This document shows positions 10,171-21,275 of a stretch of DNA of 64,000 bases, one piece after another. Under the pieces are notes generated by a model. It was not told the origin of the DNA and ran no database searches. It saw nothing but the letters and a program-made list of their open reading frames with translations. The stretch is from Schizochytrium sp. TIO01 (taxonomy: Eukaryota; Protista; Bigyra: Labyrinthulomycetes). Made by a program: the position numbers and the translations under genes. The stretch covers positions 3,732,040 through 3,796,039 of the forward strand of contig SMSO01000035.1 in the NCBI GenBank assembly GCA_004764695.1, written 5' to 3'. Positions within the stretch are counted from its first letter, which is position 1. Every line of letters starts with the position of its first letter.

Positions 10171-13100
10171 ATGAGCTGCGTAGGTCCCGGCAACTCTCGT
10201 GTGTCTGAGGGACGGGAGGTCTGCAGGATCTACCGAGGATACCGCCAGATGAGAAGGGAATCTGTCTGTCAAACATCGAAAGCACACAAAACTCACAAAG
10301 GAAGTATACTATATTCTAAATTAAGCTTGATTCCGCATATTGGGCGGGTCTGGGCAGGCGGCTATGGAAAACCGCATACGATTCGGCCACTCCTCATGTT
10401 GTTTCTCCTTATTTTTATGTTGTTAACCAATGCTGACCAATGTAATGGCTCATCATGCGCTGGTACACCCCAGGTATTCTATGACCAAGACCTTGACGGC
10501 TACGTTCATGTCGACCCTACACAAGGTATTGTGCGAATAGATCTACAAGTATATGGTCTCGGTAGCAGACCAAGTTATTTCTCATGGTGTGAAGTGGACG
10601 CTAATATGGACAATTATCCCGACGTCTCCACAGAATCACCAAACAGCTTTCCGTCAATGTCTCCATCGAAAGCTCCAGCTAACTCCCCAAGTGCTAGCCC
10701 AGTGCAAGCAAAATGCCCAAGCAAGGATGAGAACAAGGTTCAATGCGGTTTGGATGAAATTTCAGTGTATGAATGCTGGGCACTTAGTTGTTGTTTTGAC
10801 CCAACAAGTAGCCCTCGTTGTTACTCACTGGATAGCCAAAGGCTCCTGCAAAGCGCATTGACTGAGGAATACTCAGACGATTTAAGCACTGATGATTATG
10901 ATTATCATTCCTCAGCTAGCACTGATTATTATTATTATTCCTCAGCTCTGTCTCAGGCAACAGACTTACCACTGTGTTCGGAGGCACCAAAAAACGCGTC
11001 TGCTTATAATTTTTCTTTCGGAATTTATCAGCCAAAGACACGAGTACGCGTTAAGGTGTCATTGCATGATGGTTGTGAAATTTTTGACCCAGTGAATAAG
11101 ACGTTTACCTTTGACGCGACATCTACATTTCAATGTCCAGCATACGATGATGAACCTCCGGGTTCTCTAAATTCATGCTATTGTGCTGATAGCTCAATGA
11201 TCGAAGATTCCTGTCCCACATGCGTAGTCCTGGCAAACACTTGTGACAGTGATAACTATGTGGTAGACGCTGTTTCTGGACGATGCATCTTGGATAGTCC
11301 AATTTGCAGGTACTATGAAGGTGCCACCGTTGATCCAAATTCCGCTGAACTGAAAGACCCTGTGGAGTTATACCCAATATATCCTAACAAATGTACAACT
11401 CCTACAAGAACGCCTACAAGCTTTCCTACAGCTAATCCTACGTTAGCACCAGTTGTTCAAGTTTGTGAAATATATGAAGGTAACCCTGGAAAAGTTACCA
11501 CCAATGCGGCATGTGCTCTTCCATTTACTTATCTTGGAGATGACATTGCCACCGAAGTAGTCTTTGAATACCCTCCACTGATTGAAGAAGCAAAACCGTA
11601 CAACGTAACTGAAATCACAAGCAACGTAGATCCAGACAAACTCGCTACCTTACGGTGGTGCCCTGTTAACGGAACATTAGAAACAGATACAGACCCTCCA
11701 CTGTATAGCTTAGAAAGTGGCGATAGTTCCTCATTAGCGCAATGGGGTTTTGTTCAATGTCTTGATCCTGCTTCTCTTCCTACCTTGCAACCGACTATGC
11801 TCCCAACAAAGTCGCCATCACCGTGGCCATCGAAAAACCCGACCGTCTCTCCAACACAGAGACCCACGAAATCTCCAACATATAAACCTACAAGCGACCC
11901 TACAATGGCACCAACCGAAGCCCCAACAGAATCCCCAACACAGTATCCTTCGCTTGCGCCGACTTTGTATCCTACCGAAAATCCAACGCAAGATCCGACG
12001 AAAAATCCAACGCAAACGCCCACATTGTATCCGAGCTTTGCTCCCACTGATTCTCCAACTCGGTCTCCCACTCAACACCCATCTCTGAGCCCAACTGATT
12101 CGCCTTCCAAAGGTCCAACAAAGTCCCCTACGCCGGATCCTACTAAGAACCCAACAATGTATCCGACATCTGAGCCGACCCAGACACCAACAAACTTCCC
12201 GACTCAAGTGCCAACATTATTTCCAACCCTCTATCCTACGAATCATCCAACTCAGTCACCAACCTTGGCCCCTACTCAGTTCCCCACGAGATTTCCAACT
12301 CAAACTCCAACAGTTGCCCCTACATATTATCCAACGCTTTGGCATGGCTGTGTCATCACAGATGGAAACGTTGGATACGTCAAAAATCATCATGATTGCC
12401 AAATTCCGTTCACGTTCAAGCGAGGTACAACAACTATTGACTTCAACTACGCCCCGCAATTTCAAGAGGCGCAACCGTACGGTATATCATATTCGAGATT
12501 CAATACTCTAGATCCAACGTTGCGGTGGTGCCCAAAACTTGGAGTAACCTTTTATTCCGTCTTCAACACAGATTTAAGAAAACGATGGGGACTAGCAAAT
12601 TGTACAGGCGTGGTCCCGACAGCAGCACCAACCGAAATATCGCTGGAGAGTGCAGAATCCAATGAACCAGCTGATTGTGTTAATCTGTGTGGAGTTGGAT
12701 ATACATTCAATAGCACACGTGGCAAATGTGTCCCACTTATTGCTCCGACATGTGCAGCACAGTACTACTATGACTCTGCCACCTGTTCAGTCAGACGATG
12801 CGGGTCCGTAAATGGGCAACAGTTTGAATTGTCATTCGAACCTTACCTAGATATATCTTCGAGTATCATTCGGTTGAAGGTTAAGTCTAATGTTCTTTTG
12901 CGAGATCTTGCTATGATTGATGTCACATGGACTGATGTAGGAGCCGTGGCGAGTTTAATTCCAGTGAATGGCTCCGTGAGGGACGGGGAATTCCTCTATT
13001 CAACGGGTCTTGCCAAGCTGGAACCTGGGTCTGAGTTAAGGTATGCATTCAATGCCAGCGACAATTGCAACCGAACTTTGGAAAACCAAATAGGGACAAT

Positions 13101-16100
13101 CGAGGTTCCTAATGATCCACCTGTGATTTTACTCAATTCGACAATTCAAATAGCTGATGTCGTTGGTAGAGAACCTTTGACAGAAACCAATAGTGGTGTA
13201 ACAACCAATATTACAGTCAAGCGCCCGAAAGGCTATCAACCGAGCGACTTGCTCGTATTTATCGATAGCACTCAAAGCTATGATCCAGAAGGTAATTCGA
13301 TCTCTTATATTTGGAGAGCCACACAAGACCTGAATGTATCCCTCAGCAGTTTGAATGAGGATACTTTAGAGTTCAGCTTTATTACCGATGGTACCTTTTC
13401 AATTGATCTTGAGGTACTTGATGCTAATGGTGGAATTGCAATTAGAAATCTCTCAATTACTTTGCTTCCGAATATCTCTCCGAAAGCAGATCTTACTAAC
13501 ACTAAGACAGACCTGCCGTTTGGTGTGTTTTCGACCATCATACTGAATGGTACAAAATCATCAGACGACCAAATCATAACAAGTGTAAATTGGCAGTACA
13601 GAGGGTATGCACCAATTGATGAAAACGAAGAAGCTTCCTTTGTGTCAACTCTATCAGAATCTTCTGATGAAGAGACTGCATTCGAACATCTTCTTGAAAA
13701 CCTTAGAAACTACCAAGTTCCTGGTTATATCAGTGCAAGTAACACGTCTCTAGTAAATCCAAACATTGTTTCGCCAAATGATCTCTCTACCGAGGTAACC
13801 AACGTTGTCTACCCTGGTTCATACAACTTTAGTCTTCAAGTAGCCGACAATGAAAGCCTGAATGCAAGCGCATCGATACTTCTGTTGGTAAATGGCTTTT
13901 CATCAACCACACTATCTTCAATTAAAGATAGTATCGAACTCACTTTGCCCAATAACAAACACCTTCTGTATGCAGGGTCATATGCCTCCATCTCATGGAG
14001 CACGTCATTATTAGCAAGATCTAGTCACCTGTTCGCGATTTTAGAGTTGCAAGCAGAAGGTTCAAATCAGACAAGGCTGTTGAAAGAGGTTTCGGCGAGC
14101 AATGGAACAACAGAGATTTATCTTCCTTCTGGACTACGTACAGGAAATTACTATGCTGCTCTTCGTCTACGCTATCAATTCAATTCTACAACATCAGTTG
14201 CGCTTCCTTATACGAGCTCAAGTGACGTTTTCACTATTCGTAAAAGGTATAGCTATGCTTCTGGAGGATGGAGCGCCTGTGAGATTGCGAGCAATTGTAC
14301 TGCAAATGAAGTAATGGAGGGAATTCAAAGGCGTAGTCTTTCCTGCGTGGACCTATTAAGTGATGGGGACGAAGTGAGTTCAGAATTTTGTCTGGCGTCT
14401 CCTCACTATGCAAGTCCAGCTACTACTCGCAGGTGCCGTGCTATTTGTCACTCACCCAATATAGTTTTGGGTATAAACGAGTGGACTAGCTGCGAGTACG
14501 CGTCTTGTAATGCGAACACCGCGTCTTCTAGGAGCAGGAGTCTTCAATGTTATGATATTTCTACAGGACAAACACTTGCACTAACTCAAGCAACGTGCGC
14601 TAAACTGGAAAAGTCACCTGTCCTTATAACAACTACGGAGTCTTGTATGGAAGAAGACAGTGAACGCCCGTGGTGGTGCTTAAGCGATGCACAAATCTTC
14701 AAGAAGTACAATTTATCTGAGTTCAGCAGTATTCAAGAGTGCGTTTGTGAAACTCCAGAATTTGACTTTGGGGTTGGCGATGCTGATCAGTTGTGTTATT
14801 CGTTTCGTGAGAATATACCAGTCGAACAAGGCTTGTGCGGTAATGTTGAGGGTTGGACATGGACTCCTAGAGACTGCCTTGCTCAAAACCGTGAGTCCTG
14901 TAATAATCTTGCCTGGCTTGTATCACCATGGTCCGCATGCTCATCCAGATGTGGCGATGGTGCAACAGCCACCCGTGAAGTAACTTGCTATGACTTTTTC
15001 CAAAGTAGTATAGTATCAGACGCAAACTGCAGGACTATTTCCACAAAGCCAGCAACATCAAGAGCTTGTAATCAAGGACTTCCGTGCAGCTTCTACACTT
15101 GGAAAGTTTCACCGTGGGAGGTATGCCCAGAGACATGCAACACGGGTAGCAATGTTACTTCTGCACGAAATGTCACGTGCATTCATGTTGCAACGTCCAC
15201 TGGAGTAGTTACGGAAGTAAATGAAGTCTACTGTAAAGCAATAGAACCAAGACCGGGACAAGTGATGCAGTGCTCGTGCGAGAATACAAAAGTCATCACC
15301 TCATCCACCCTAGAGCTTTCTACAACGAGTAGTGCATGCGTGCGGGACATTGGTGGGACCTGTTGTATGAGTGGAAAGCTCAACGCGTGCGGTGCATGCG
15401 ACGAAGATGGAGATTTTGTAGTCGATGGTATTGGAGTGTGTTGTACAAGTGGGGTTCTAGATGCTTCTCTTGTTTGTTGCGAAAGTGGAGAGCTAGATGC
15501 CTGTGGTGTTTGCGATGGTACTGGTTATTCATGTTCTCAGCGCCTCCTCTATCCAGCACCAGATCAATTAACCAGCTCGACATTGTCCACGGCCTATGAG
15601 GTTGCTGCTGATAATCTTTCACTTAGCCTTGGGATTCGACGAAATCAGATACAACTTGACGTTACGGCTACCCAGGAGCGCTTGAACGCAAGCTCTACTT
15701 CACGCCGCGCGCTTGCCAATGTCGAGAGTATCTGGATTGTTTATCCTAATCAGGACGACGAATCTTGGCTCCGAAGTCTTCGCCTATCCGGGAAGGATAA
15801 TAATATCAGTCTTTTGGATCGTGTAGGGTATTGTGGAAATGGAGTTTGCGAGATTGGCGAGATTTGTTCATCATCGTCGGCTTTGATGTCTTCCTCATCA
15901 TGCTGCCAAGAAGACTGTCCACTTTTGTTCCCGGCTTGCCCTGCGGGATCTTCGACAAAAGAAATGTGTAATAATAGAGGGAAATGTCTTAGTTCAGCCC
16001 CAAGCAATTGTGTTTGTTTCGAGGGATATGCAGGTGAAACATGCGAGGAGTGCGCTGTAAATTGGGTCCCTGGTGTCCTTTCTGATGGTTCGTCAGGCTG

Positions 16101-17163
16101 TATTCCAACTTACGAATTGTCAACCATAGTTCCTACAGTAGGGTCAACATCCAATACACCTTCACAAAACCCTACAACTTCGCCTGGAATAAACAGCACT
16201 GGAGTCCCAACGCAAATTTCAAGCTATGCGCCTACCATGGTCCCAACATTTTCGAATGGAGGAAATATTCAGATTGAGGAGGGCGAGGAGCCTTCACTTT
16301 CTGTGAATGTAAAAGATTGGCTCAAGAAGTGGTGGAAACTATTGGTTGCAGGAGTCATCGTGGTGCTTGCATTGATTGTGTGCTTGGTAGCTCTACTTTG
16401 CAGAGGCTCGGTTCGCTGCTGCTGGAACACTCCAAAGTCAAACTCTAAAGTTGTTGTCGCGAACTCCCCTTGGAAGACAACAAACGAGGGGCCTACCTTG
16501 CAAGATGTATCTCCTGTATTATCTACAAAAGGCGATGATACAGAAGGGGAAGAAAGTGTGGGTTCTCGCGACTCAGATTCTGAAGCTAGCACCGACGAAG
16601 ATATGCACGGAGATCGAAAGATGGCTTTAAGAACCGTTGTGCCACCGGGTGTACATCACGAAGGATGGCTACGCATGCGCACTCAGAACCAAGGCGATGT
16701 TGAATCTTGGAGCAAGCTCTACTTTGTACTATATAAGGACCGGAAACACTTTACATACTACTCTGGTATGAGTAAGACTCATTCTTACAATGTTTATACT
16801 GGCGAATTAGGGTCTTTCTCGCTGTCACACTTGCAGACTGTGCGGTCAAGTAATAAGCGTCGATACCGAGGCCGAGTTTTTGTTTTGTCATTCCTCAGCC
16901 CGCATGGGAAAGGTGAGCTTACAACGCACCATTTTATGACTGAGTCTGACAAGTTGCGTAAGGAGTGGGTTTCAAAGTTGAGCTTTTATGTTGAGACGCC
17001 CTCAACCTCGCTGTCAGCATTGGACGTCCTAGAATGCAATCGAGATCTCTCGCTTCCTGTGGGCCAACGGTCTTTCATTCGCAAAAAACCTCATCAAGTT
17101 CTTGTTGATAATTCAGGAGCGCCCATGGCGCTTTTCTTGCCACCGCCTGCCCCCCCTGGATGA
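10171..17163 (+). CDS. Giant single-pass cell-surface protein: trefoil, 2 FN2-like repeats flanking a P-T mucin stalk, PKD-like, TSP1, Cys-rich/EGF, TM, cytoplasmic PH-like domain
   Basis: 2330-aa ORF. Signal-peptide-like 'MLFLLIFMLLTNA' from ATG 10396 (likely true start). Trefoil Cys pattern ~10711-10825; PTxx repeats ~11767-12340; PKD-type 'SYDPEGNSISYIW' and 'LNGTKSSDDQIITSVNW'; TSP1 'WLVSPWSACSSRCGDG..TREVTC'; EGF 'CNNRGKC..CVCFEGYAGETC'; TM 'LLVAGVIVVLALIVCLVALL'; PH-like 'HHEGWLRM..WSKLYFVL..LRKEWVSKL'. Confidence 0.85.
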   Translation: MSCVGPGNSRVSEGREVCRIYRGYRQMRRESVCQTSKAHKTHKGSILYSKLSLIPHIGRVWAGGYGKPHTIRPLLMLFLLIFMLLTNADQCNGSSCAGTPQVFYDQDLDGYVHVDPTQGIVRIDLQVYGLGSRPSYFSWCEVDANMDNYPDVSTESPNSFPSMSPSKAPANSPSASPVQAKCPSKDENKVQCGLDEISVYECWALSCCFDPTSSPRCYSLDSQRLLQSALTEEYSDDLSTDDYDYHSSASTDYYYYSSALSQATDLPLCSEAPKNASAYNFSFGIYQPKTRVRVKVSLHDGCEIFDPVNKTFTFDATSTFQCPAYDDEPPGSLNSCYCADSSMIEDSCPTCVVLANTCDSDNYVVDAVSGRCILDSPICRYYEGATVDPNSAELKDPVELYPIYPNKCTTPTRTPTSFPTANPTLAPVVQVCEIYEGNPGKVTTNAACALPFTYLGDDIATEVVFEYPPLIEEAKPYNVTEITSNVDPDKLATLRWCPVNGTLETDTDPPLYSLESGDSSSLAQWGFVQCLDPASLPTLQPTMLPTKSPSPWPSKNPTVSPTQRPTKSPTYKPTSDPTMAPTEAPTESPTQYPSLAPTLYPTENPTQDPTKNPTQTPTLYPSFAPTDSPTRSPTQHPSLSPTDSPSKGPTKSPTPDPTKNPTMYPTSEPTQTPTNFPTQVPTLFPTLYPTNHPTQSPTLAPTQFPTRFPTQTPTVAPTYYPTLWHGCVITDGNVGYVKNHHDCQIPFTFKRGTTTIDFNYAPQFQEAQPYGISYSRFNTLDPTLRWCPKLGVTFYSVFNTDLRKRWGLANCTGVVPTAAPTEISLESAESNEPADCVNLCGVGYTFNSTRGKCVPLIAPTCAAQYYYDSATCSVRRCGSVNGQQFELSFEPYLDISSSIIRLKVKSNVLLRDLAMIDVTWTDVGAVASLIPVNGSVRDGEFLYSTGLAKLEPGSELRYAFNASDNCNRTLENQIGTIEVPNDPPVILLNSTIQIADVVGREPLTETNSGVTTNITVKRPKGYQPSDLLVFIDSTQSYDPEGNSISYIWRATQDLNVSLSSLNEDTLEFSFITDGTFSIDLEVLDANGGIAIRNLSITLLPNISPKADLTNTKTDLPFGVFSTIILNGTKSSDDQIITSVNWQYRGYAPIDENEEASFVSTLSESSDEETAFEHLLENLRNYQVPGYISASNTSLVNPNIVSPNDLSTEVTNVVYPGSYNFSLQVADNESLNASASILLLVNGFSSTTLSSIKDSIELTLPNNKHLLYAGSYASISWSTSLLARSSHLFAILELQAEGSNQTRLLKEVSASNGTTEIYLPSGLRTGNYYAALRLRYQFNSTTSVALPYTSSSDVFTIRKRYSYASGGWSACEIASNCTANEVMEGIQRRSLSCVDLLSDGDEVSSEFCLASPHYASPATTRRCRAICHSPNIVLGINEWTSCEYASCNANTASSRSRSLQCYDISTGQTLALTQATCAKLEKSPVLITTTESCMEEDSERPWWCLSDAQIFKKYNLSEFSSIQECVCETPEFDFGVGDADQLCYSFRENIPVEQGLCGNVEGWTWTPRDCLAQNRESCNNLAWLVSPWSACSSRCGDGATATREVTCYDFFQSSIVSDANCRTISTKPATSRACNQGLPCSFYTWKVSPWEVCPETCNTGSNVTSARNVTCIHVATSTGVVTEVNEVYCKAIEPRPGQVMQCSCENTKVITSSTLELSTTSSACVRDIGGTCCMSGKLNACGACDEDGDFVVDGIGVCCTSGVLDASLVCCESGELDACGVCDGTGYSCSQRLLYPAPDQLTSSTLSTAYEVAADNLSLSLGIRRNQIQLDVTATQERLNASSTSRRALANVESIWIVYPNQDDESWLRSLRLSGKDNNISLLDRVGYCGNGVCEIGEICSSSSALMSSSSCCQEDCPLLFPACPAGSSTKEMCNNRGKCLSSAPSNCVCFEGYAGETCEECAVNWVPGVLSDGSSGCIPTYELSTIVPTVGSTSNTPSQNPTTSPGINSTGVPTQISSYAPTMVPTFSNGGNIQIEEGEEPSLSVNVKDWLKKWWKLLVAGVIVVLALIVCLVALLCRGSVRCCWNTPKSNSKVVVANSPWKTTNEGPTLQDVSPVLSTKGDDTEGEESVGSRDSDSEASTDEDMHGDRKMALRTVVPPGVHHEGWLRMRTQNQGDVESWSKLYFVLYKDRKHFTYYSGMSKTHSYNVYTGELGSFSLSHLQTVRSSNKRRYRGRVFVLSFLSPHGKGELTTHHFMTESDKLRKEWVSKLSFYVETPSTSLSALDVLECNRDLSLPVGQRSFIRKKPHQVLVDNSGAPMALFLPPPAPPG

Positions 17164-17581
17164 AAGAGTTATTTATATCTATGCTGGGTATTAAAAAACA
17201 AAACAAAGACTCTTGGGAGATAGCTAACAAGGAAAGCAAACTCTACATACTGTACATGATTAATATGAGTGAATATTACCTCGAATTCTTTGATGATGAT
17301 GATGATGATGATGATGATATTAAATTGTTTTGAATTGTTGGTGGGATGTCCGATGATAATGAGTGACTCAAGCAAAGACTTTCTGATGCAGTAGCAAGAG
17401 GTGAAAGTGAACAAATGAAGTTGTTGGGGCTTCTTCGTGCAACCAGAACCTTATGCAAGCCTAGTCTACTAGAAAGGAGTTCTGCAAAGAGATGAGAGTG
17501 TGATCACATCACAAAAGGTTTCTTCTCGTGAGAGATTTTTGTAAATGCAAACAGGAGTGTTGACAAGTATTCTTGAGACTA

Positions 17582-17848
17582 TTACACAGTCCTGAAGCAA
17601 AGGATTCCAGTCTGGCCAAAGTACAAATATGCTGCGTTTTCCTCCTGATGTGTGAATGACCCACAAAAGTTGCGACCAACAATAACATGCCAGACTCCAG
17701 TGTACGAGCTGGTCATGCGCTTTTTGATGTACGAGGCAATGTCCGTAAAGTTCATTTCCACAGCCATGGCATCCGTCGCATGGAAGATGAGCTCGTCAAG
17801 CATCGACTTCTCCATACGCTGCTCCTTTACAACGCAAGTTGCCGTCAT
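17582..17848 (-). CDS. Dynein light chain LC8 (DYNLL-type) family protein
   Basis: ATG at 17848 gives 88 aa. Signature 'DIASYIKKRMTSSYTGVWHVIVGRNFCGSFTH...YLYFGQTGILCF'. Confidence 0.9.
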   Translation of the reverse strand: MTATCVVKEQRMEKSMLDELIFHATDAMAVEMNFTDIASYIKKRMTSSYTGVWHVIVGRNFCGSFTHQEENAAYLYFGQTGILCFRTV

Positions 17849-18605
17849 TTTGATTTCCTTATTTCCTTTGGCAGAGCCTTTCGCCAAACCTCAACAGTAG
17901 CGCTGGCGCCTAAAGCAGAGAGTAGTGTCACGAATCAACTAAGCTATGACAAGCAATCAAGAACACCCTTTGGACCTTGCTTCAGTGTTTGCCAATTTCT
18001 GCAATATATCCCTCTATTTTTTTGGCTTTAATATTCCTTATTAGTTTATCTCCCTTTTTTTTTTTTGTTAAACTAGGAGAATTGTAGACTCATAGTTGTA
18101 TTCTTCCCAAAACCTGAACCAAAAGTGCCAACAAAGCAAAAACCTCTTATACAAGTATCTCCTTGAGCATTATATGGACGTATGCTCCCCAACTTCATGC
18201 TGAGCAGTCACGCAACACGCCAAGAAAGCAAGAAGTCAAACAGAGTCGCCGCAATTCGAGCACACACTATTACTTTCATTTGCCTTATTAAACTCATGTG
18301 ACCGTTGCGGGGAAGTTTTCCTTCCATAGTTCCAGAAATTCTTTGTTTAATTGTATTTTTTAAAATAGAAATGAACCACTTTATTTAGGTCTTATAGACC
18401 ACTTTGGGGTGGCTGGCGGAGAGCTCCTTTGAGAGCAATTCCGGATTCCGCAGGCTCTCGGAGGGCCCCTCTCTCTCGATTGCTCTGCCTGAATAGCTTT
18501 CTTTAGTGTCCTGTATTTTCTCCCAAAGTTTCCCGAAGGTCTCGGGTTACTTTCCTGCCTCTAGCCCGGCATCGTGGTCGGCATTGCTGCCCATCTCCAT
18601 CACTC

Positions 18606-21275
18606 ATGTCGCGGCGTCGCAGTTTCCGCACCCTTGAGGGCGGCTCAGATGCCACTTCCTCTTCGAAGGGTGCTGGTTTGTCTCGGTCTAAGTCTTCTTC
18701 AAGTTCTTCTTCCCACAGCAAGCGCAATCGCGACTCGTCCTCCAATGGAGCGAGAATTTCCGAGTCACGCTCCGAGCGTCGTGCTCGTGAAGTTATCGAA
18801 CTCGAAAACCGTTCTCTCGAAGAGGCTCCTCCTGCAGGATCTTTGTTCCGTCGCGACGGTAAGATTCCTCGCACTTTCGAGGACCTTCCTCTGTCTCAGC
18901 CGACTATGAGTGGCCTTGAGCGTGGTAAATTCTTCACAATGACCAAGATTCAGCAACTCGCAATTCCACACGCTCTCGTCGGCAGGGATGTTCTCGGAGC
19001 TGCTCGTACAGGCTCTGGAAAGACTCTCGCATTTATTGTACCTCTTCTTGAGAGACTCTTTAGACTTGGCTGGATGCCCGGTCTTGGTTTGGGGGCTGTG
19101 ATCATCTCTCCAACCAGAGAACTGGCCTTGCAGATCTTTGAAGTACTCCGTGTGGTTGGTTACAGACATGGTTTCACCGCGGGGTTGATCATGGGTGGAA
19201 GTGACTTTCGAAAGGAGCAGCAGAATGTGCACCAGCTTGCGGTCGTGATCTGTACCCCCGGAAGACTTTTGCAGCATTTGGAGCAAACTCCGACAATGGA
19301 CCCGAACCAAGTGCAGATGCTTGTCTTGGATGAGGCTGATCGTTTACTCGATCTTGGTTTCAAGACACAGCTTACGCGTATTATTGAATATATGCCGACA
19401 TCTCGCCAAACGATGCTGTTCTCGGCGACACAAACCAAGTCAGTGAAGGCTCTCGCTCGCCTCTCGCTCCGCAAACCTGAGTACGTTTCTGTGCTCAACA
19501 TCCAAGACTCAGCACAAGCGGAAGCAGCATCCAACTCCGAAAAGCCCATGAACAAGGCGCTTGAGACTGTTTCTAAGGGCGGTATGCACAACGATCGTGG
19601 CAAGGCCCCCACCCCTGCCAATCTCGCGCAGGCATACGCAGTTTGCCAGCTCCCGAACAAGGTTGATGTGCTTTACTCTTTCATTCGCAGCCACCTTAAG
19701 AGCAAAGTCATCGTGTTTCTTTCTAGCTGTCGCCAAGTGCAATTCCTTGATGCAGCTTTCCGTAAGTTGCGTCCAGGAGTGCCACTCATGAGCATTCACG
19801 GAAAGATCAAACAGCAGCGCCGCATGCACATTTACTACGACTTCATCTCCAAGCCCGCTGCAGTCATGTTTGCCACAGATATCGCAGCCCGAGGCCTCGA
19901 TTTCCCTGGTGTTGACTGGGTGGTGCAGGCAGACTGCCCTGAAGATGTTGCGACATATATTCATCGCGTAGGCCGCACTGCTCGATTCAAGAACCGAGGC
20001 AACTCGCTACTGCTTTTGCTTCCGAATGAGGCTCCGGCGATGGTAGCAAAGCTACGCGAAGCTCATATTCCAGTGCTTGAGAAGAAAATGAACCCGAACA
20101 AACAGCAGGATGTGCAGAAGAAGCTTTCCAGTGAGGTTGCAAAAGACGCAGAGCTCAAGCTTAATGCACAGCGTGCATTTAAGTCGTATTTGAGGTCAGT
20201 GTACCTACAGAGCGACAAGACCGTTTTCGACGTGAACAAACTGCCAATGGGAGCTTTTGCGCAATCACTTGGACTTGCGAATACTCCAAGAATCAAGTTC
20301 CAAGGTGCTAGTGGTGAAGAAGGCCGAAAGGAACTCCGCAAACAGAAGAATATGCCAAGGGCACTCAACAAACTCAACGAGCTGATGGCACTCGAGGGAG
20401 GCGATCTGGCGCCTGAGGACGACGACGACGATGTTATGGAACTTCTGAATCGCCTCCGTAGCTCAAAGGCTCTGCAGAAGGCCAAGAAGACCAAGTACGA
20501 ACGTCTTCTTGCGCTTAAGGCCAGCGACCCGATGAGTCAATCGAAATTGGCACGGGGAGACGATTCTGATGACGATTCTGATTCTGATGACGACGGTGAT
20601 GATGGCCTTGTGTTCCGCAGCTCACAAGGTCCTCTCGCTGCTCGCAATGCACTCCTTGGAGATGACGAGGATGATGACGAGAACAAGGACGATGACCTCA
20701 TGGACGAAAACTACCTACCCAGCCGTAAGCAAATGCGCAAACTACGTATCGACTCTGCAACTGGTGCAAGTAAGGGCCGCATCAAGCCGCAGCACAAGGT
20801 CTTCGACGAGGAGGGTGACGAGGTTGACCCCTTTGCGAAGCTGGCGAACGAACTTGGTATGGACGAGGACGCTGAAGACAAGCCTGACCGTGATGATACC
20901 GTGCGTGTAAGCGATGCACAGCGGAAGGCGTACTTGGAACGTATCTCAAAGCGACTTGCTGAGGAGGATGTGGATGACCGCGAGCGCGAGCGTGCTCGTG
21001 TTCGTGAGAAGCATCGCACTGAGCGCCTGAAACGCCGGGCCGCCTTGCGTGAAGACCAAGAAGAAGGCGGTGTTGCCTTCTTGGGCGGTGCTGGCGACGA
21101 TGAGGATGGCGGTGAAGGTGACTACAGTGGAGATGAGCAGAGTTATGGAAATGATAGTGATGGTGGTGCATCTTCTGAGGATGAGGGCCGACCTAACAAG
21201 CGTGCTAAGAAGATGGAATCTGTGCAAGATATGGAGCAGGCTGCTTTGAACCTTATTCAGCAGGGTGGTCTCTAA
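18606..21275 (+). CDS. DDX10: DEAD-box RNA helicase Dbp4/DDX10 (40S biogenesis)
   Basis: Motifs GAARTGSGKT, PTRELA, TPGRLLQH, DEAD, SAT, ARGLDFP, HRVGRTAR. Dbp4-typical 'SATQTKSVKALARLSLRKPEYV' and 'AQRAFKSYLRSV'; acidic C-terminal tail. Confidence 0.93.
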   Translation: MSRRRSFRTLEGGSDATSSSKGAGLSRSKSSSSSSSHSKRNRDSSSNGARISESRSERRAREVIELENRSLEEAPPAGSLFRRDGKIPRTFEDLPLSQPTMSGLERGKFFTMTKIQQLAIPHALVGRDVLGAARTGSGKTLAFIVPLLERLFRLGWMPGLGLGAVIISPTRELALQIFEVLRVVGYRHGFTAGLIMGGSDFRKEQQNVHQLAVVICTPGRLLQHLEQTPTMDPNQVQMLVLDEADRLLDLGFKTQLTRIIEYMPTSRQTMLFSATQTKSVKALARLSLRKPEYVSVLNIQDSAQAEAASNSEKPMNKALETVSKGGMHNDRGKAPTPANLAQAYAVCQLPNKVDVLYSFIRSHLKSKVIVFLSSCRQVQFLDAAFRKLRPGVPLMSIHGKIKQQRRMHIYYDFISKPAAVMFATDIAARGLDFPGVDWVVQADCPEDVATYIHRVGRTARFKNRGNSLLLLLPNEAPAMVAKLREAHIPVLEKKMNPNKQQDVQKKLSSEVAKDAELKLNAQRAFKSYLRSVYLQSDKTVFDVNKLPMGAFAQSLGLANTPRIKFQGASGEEGRKELRKQKNMPRALNKLNELMALEGGDLAPEDDDDDVMELLNRLRSSKALQKAKKTKYERLLALKASDPMSQSKLARGDDSDDDSDSDDDGDDGLVFRSSQGPLAARNALLGDDEDDDENKDDDLMDENYLPSRKQMRKLRIDSATGASKGRIKPQHKVFDEEGDEVDPFAKLANELGMDEDAEDKPDRDDTVRVSDAQRKAYLERISKRLAEEDVDDRERERARVREKHRTERLKRRAALREDQEEGGVAFLGGAGDDEDGGEGDYSGDEQSYGNDSDGGASSEDEGRPNKRAKKMESVQDMEQAALNLIQQGGL

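Noticed and set aside
11767-12340. Periodic 12-bp pattern resembling an array
   Set aside because: It is the coding P-T-x-x mucin stalk, not CRISPR or satellite DNA.
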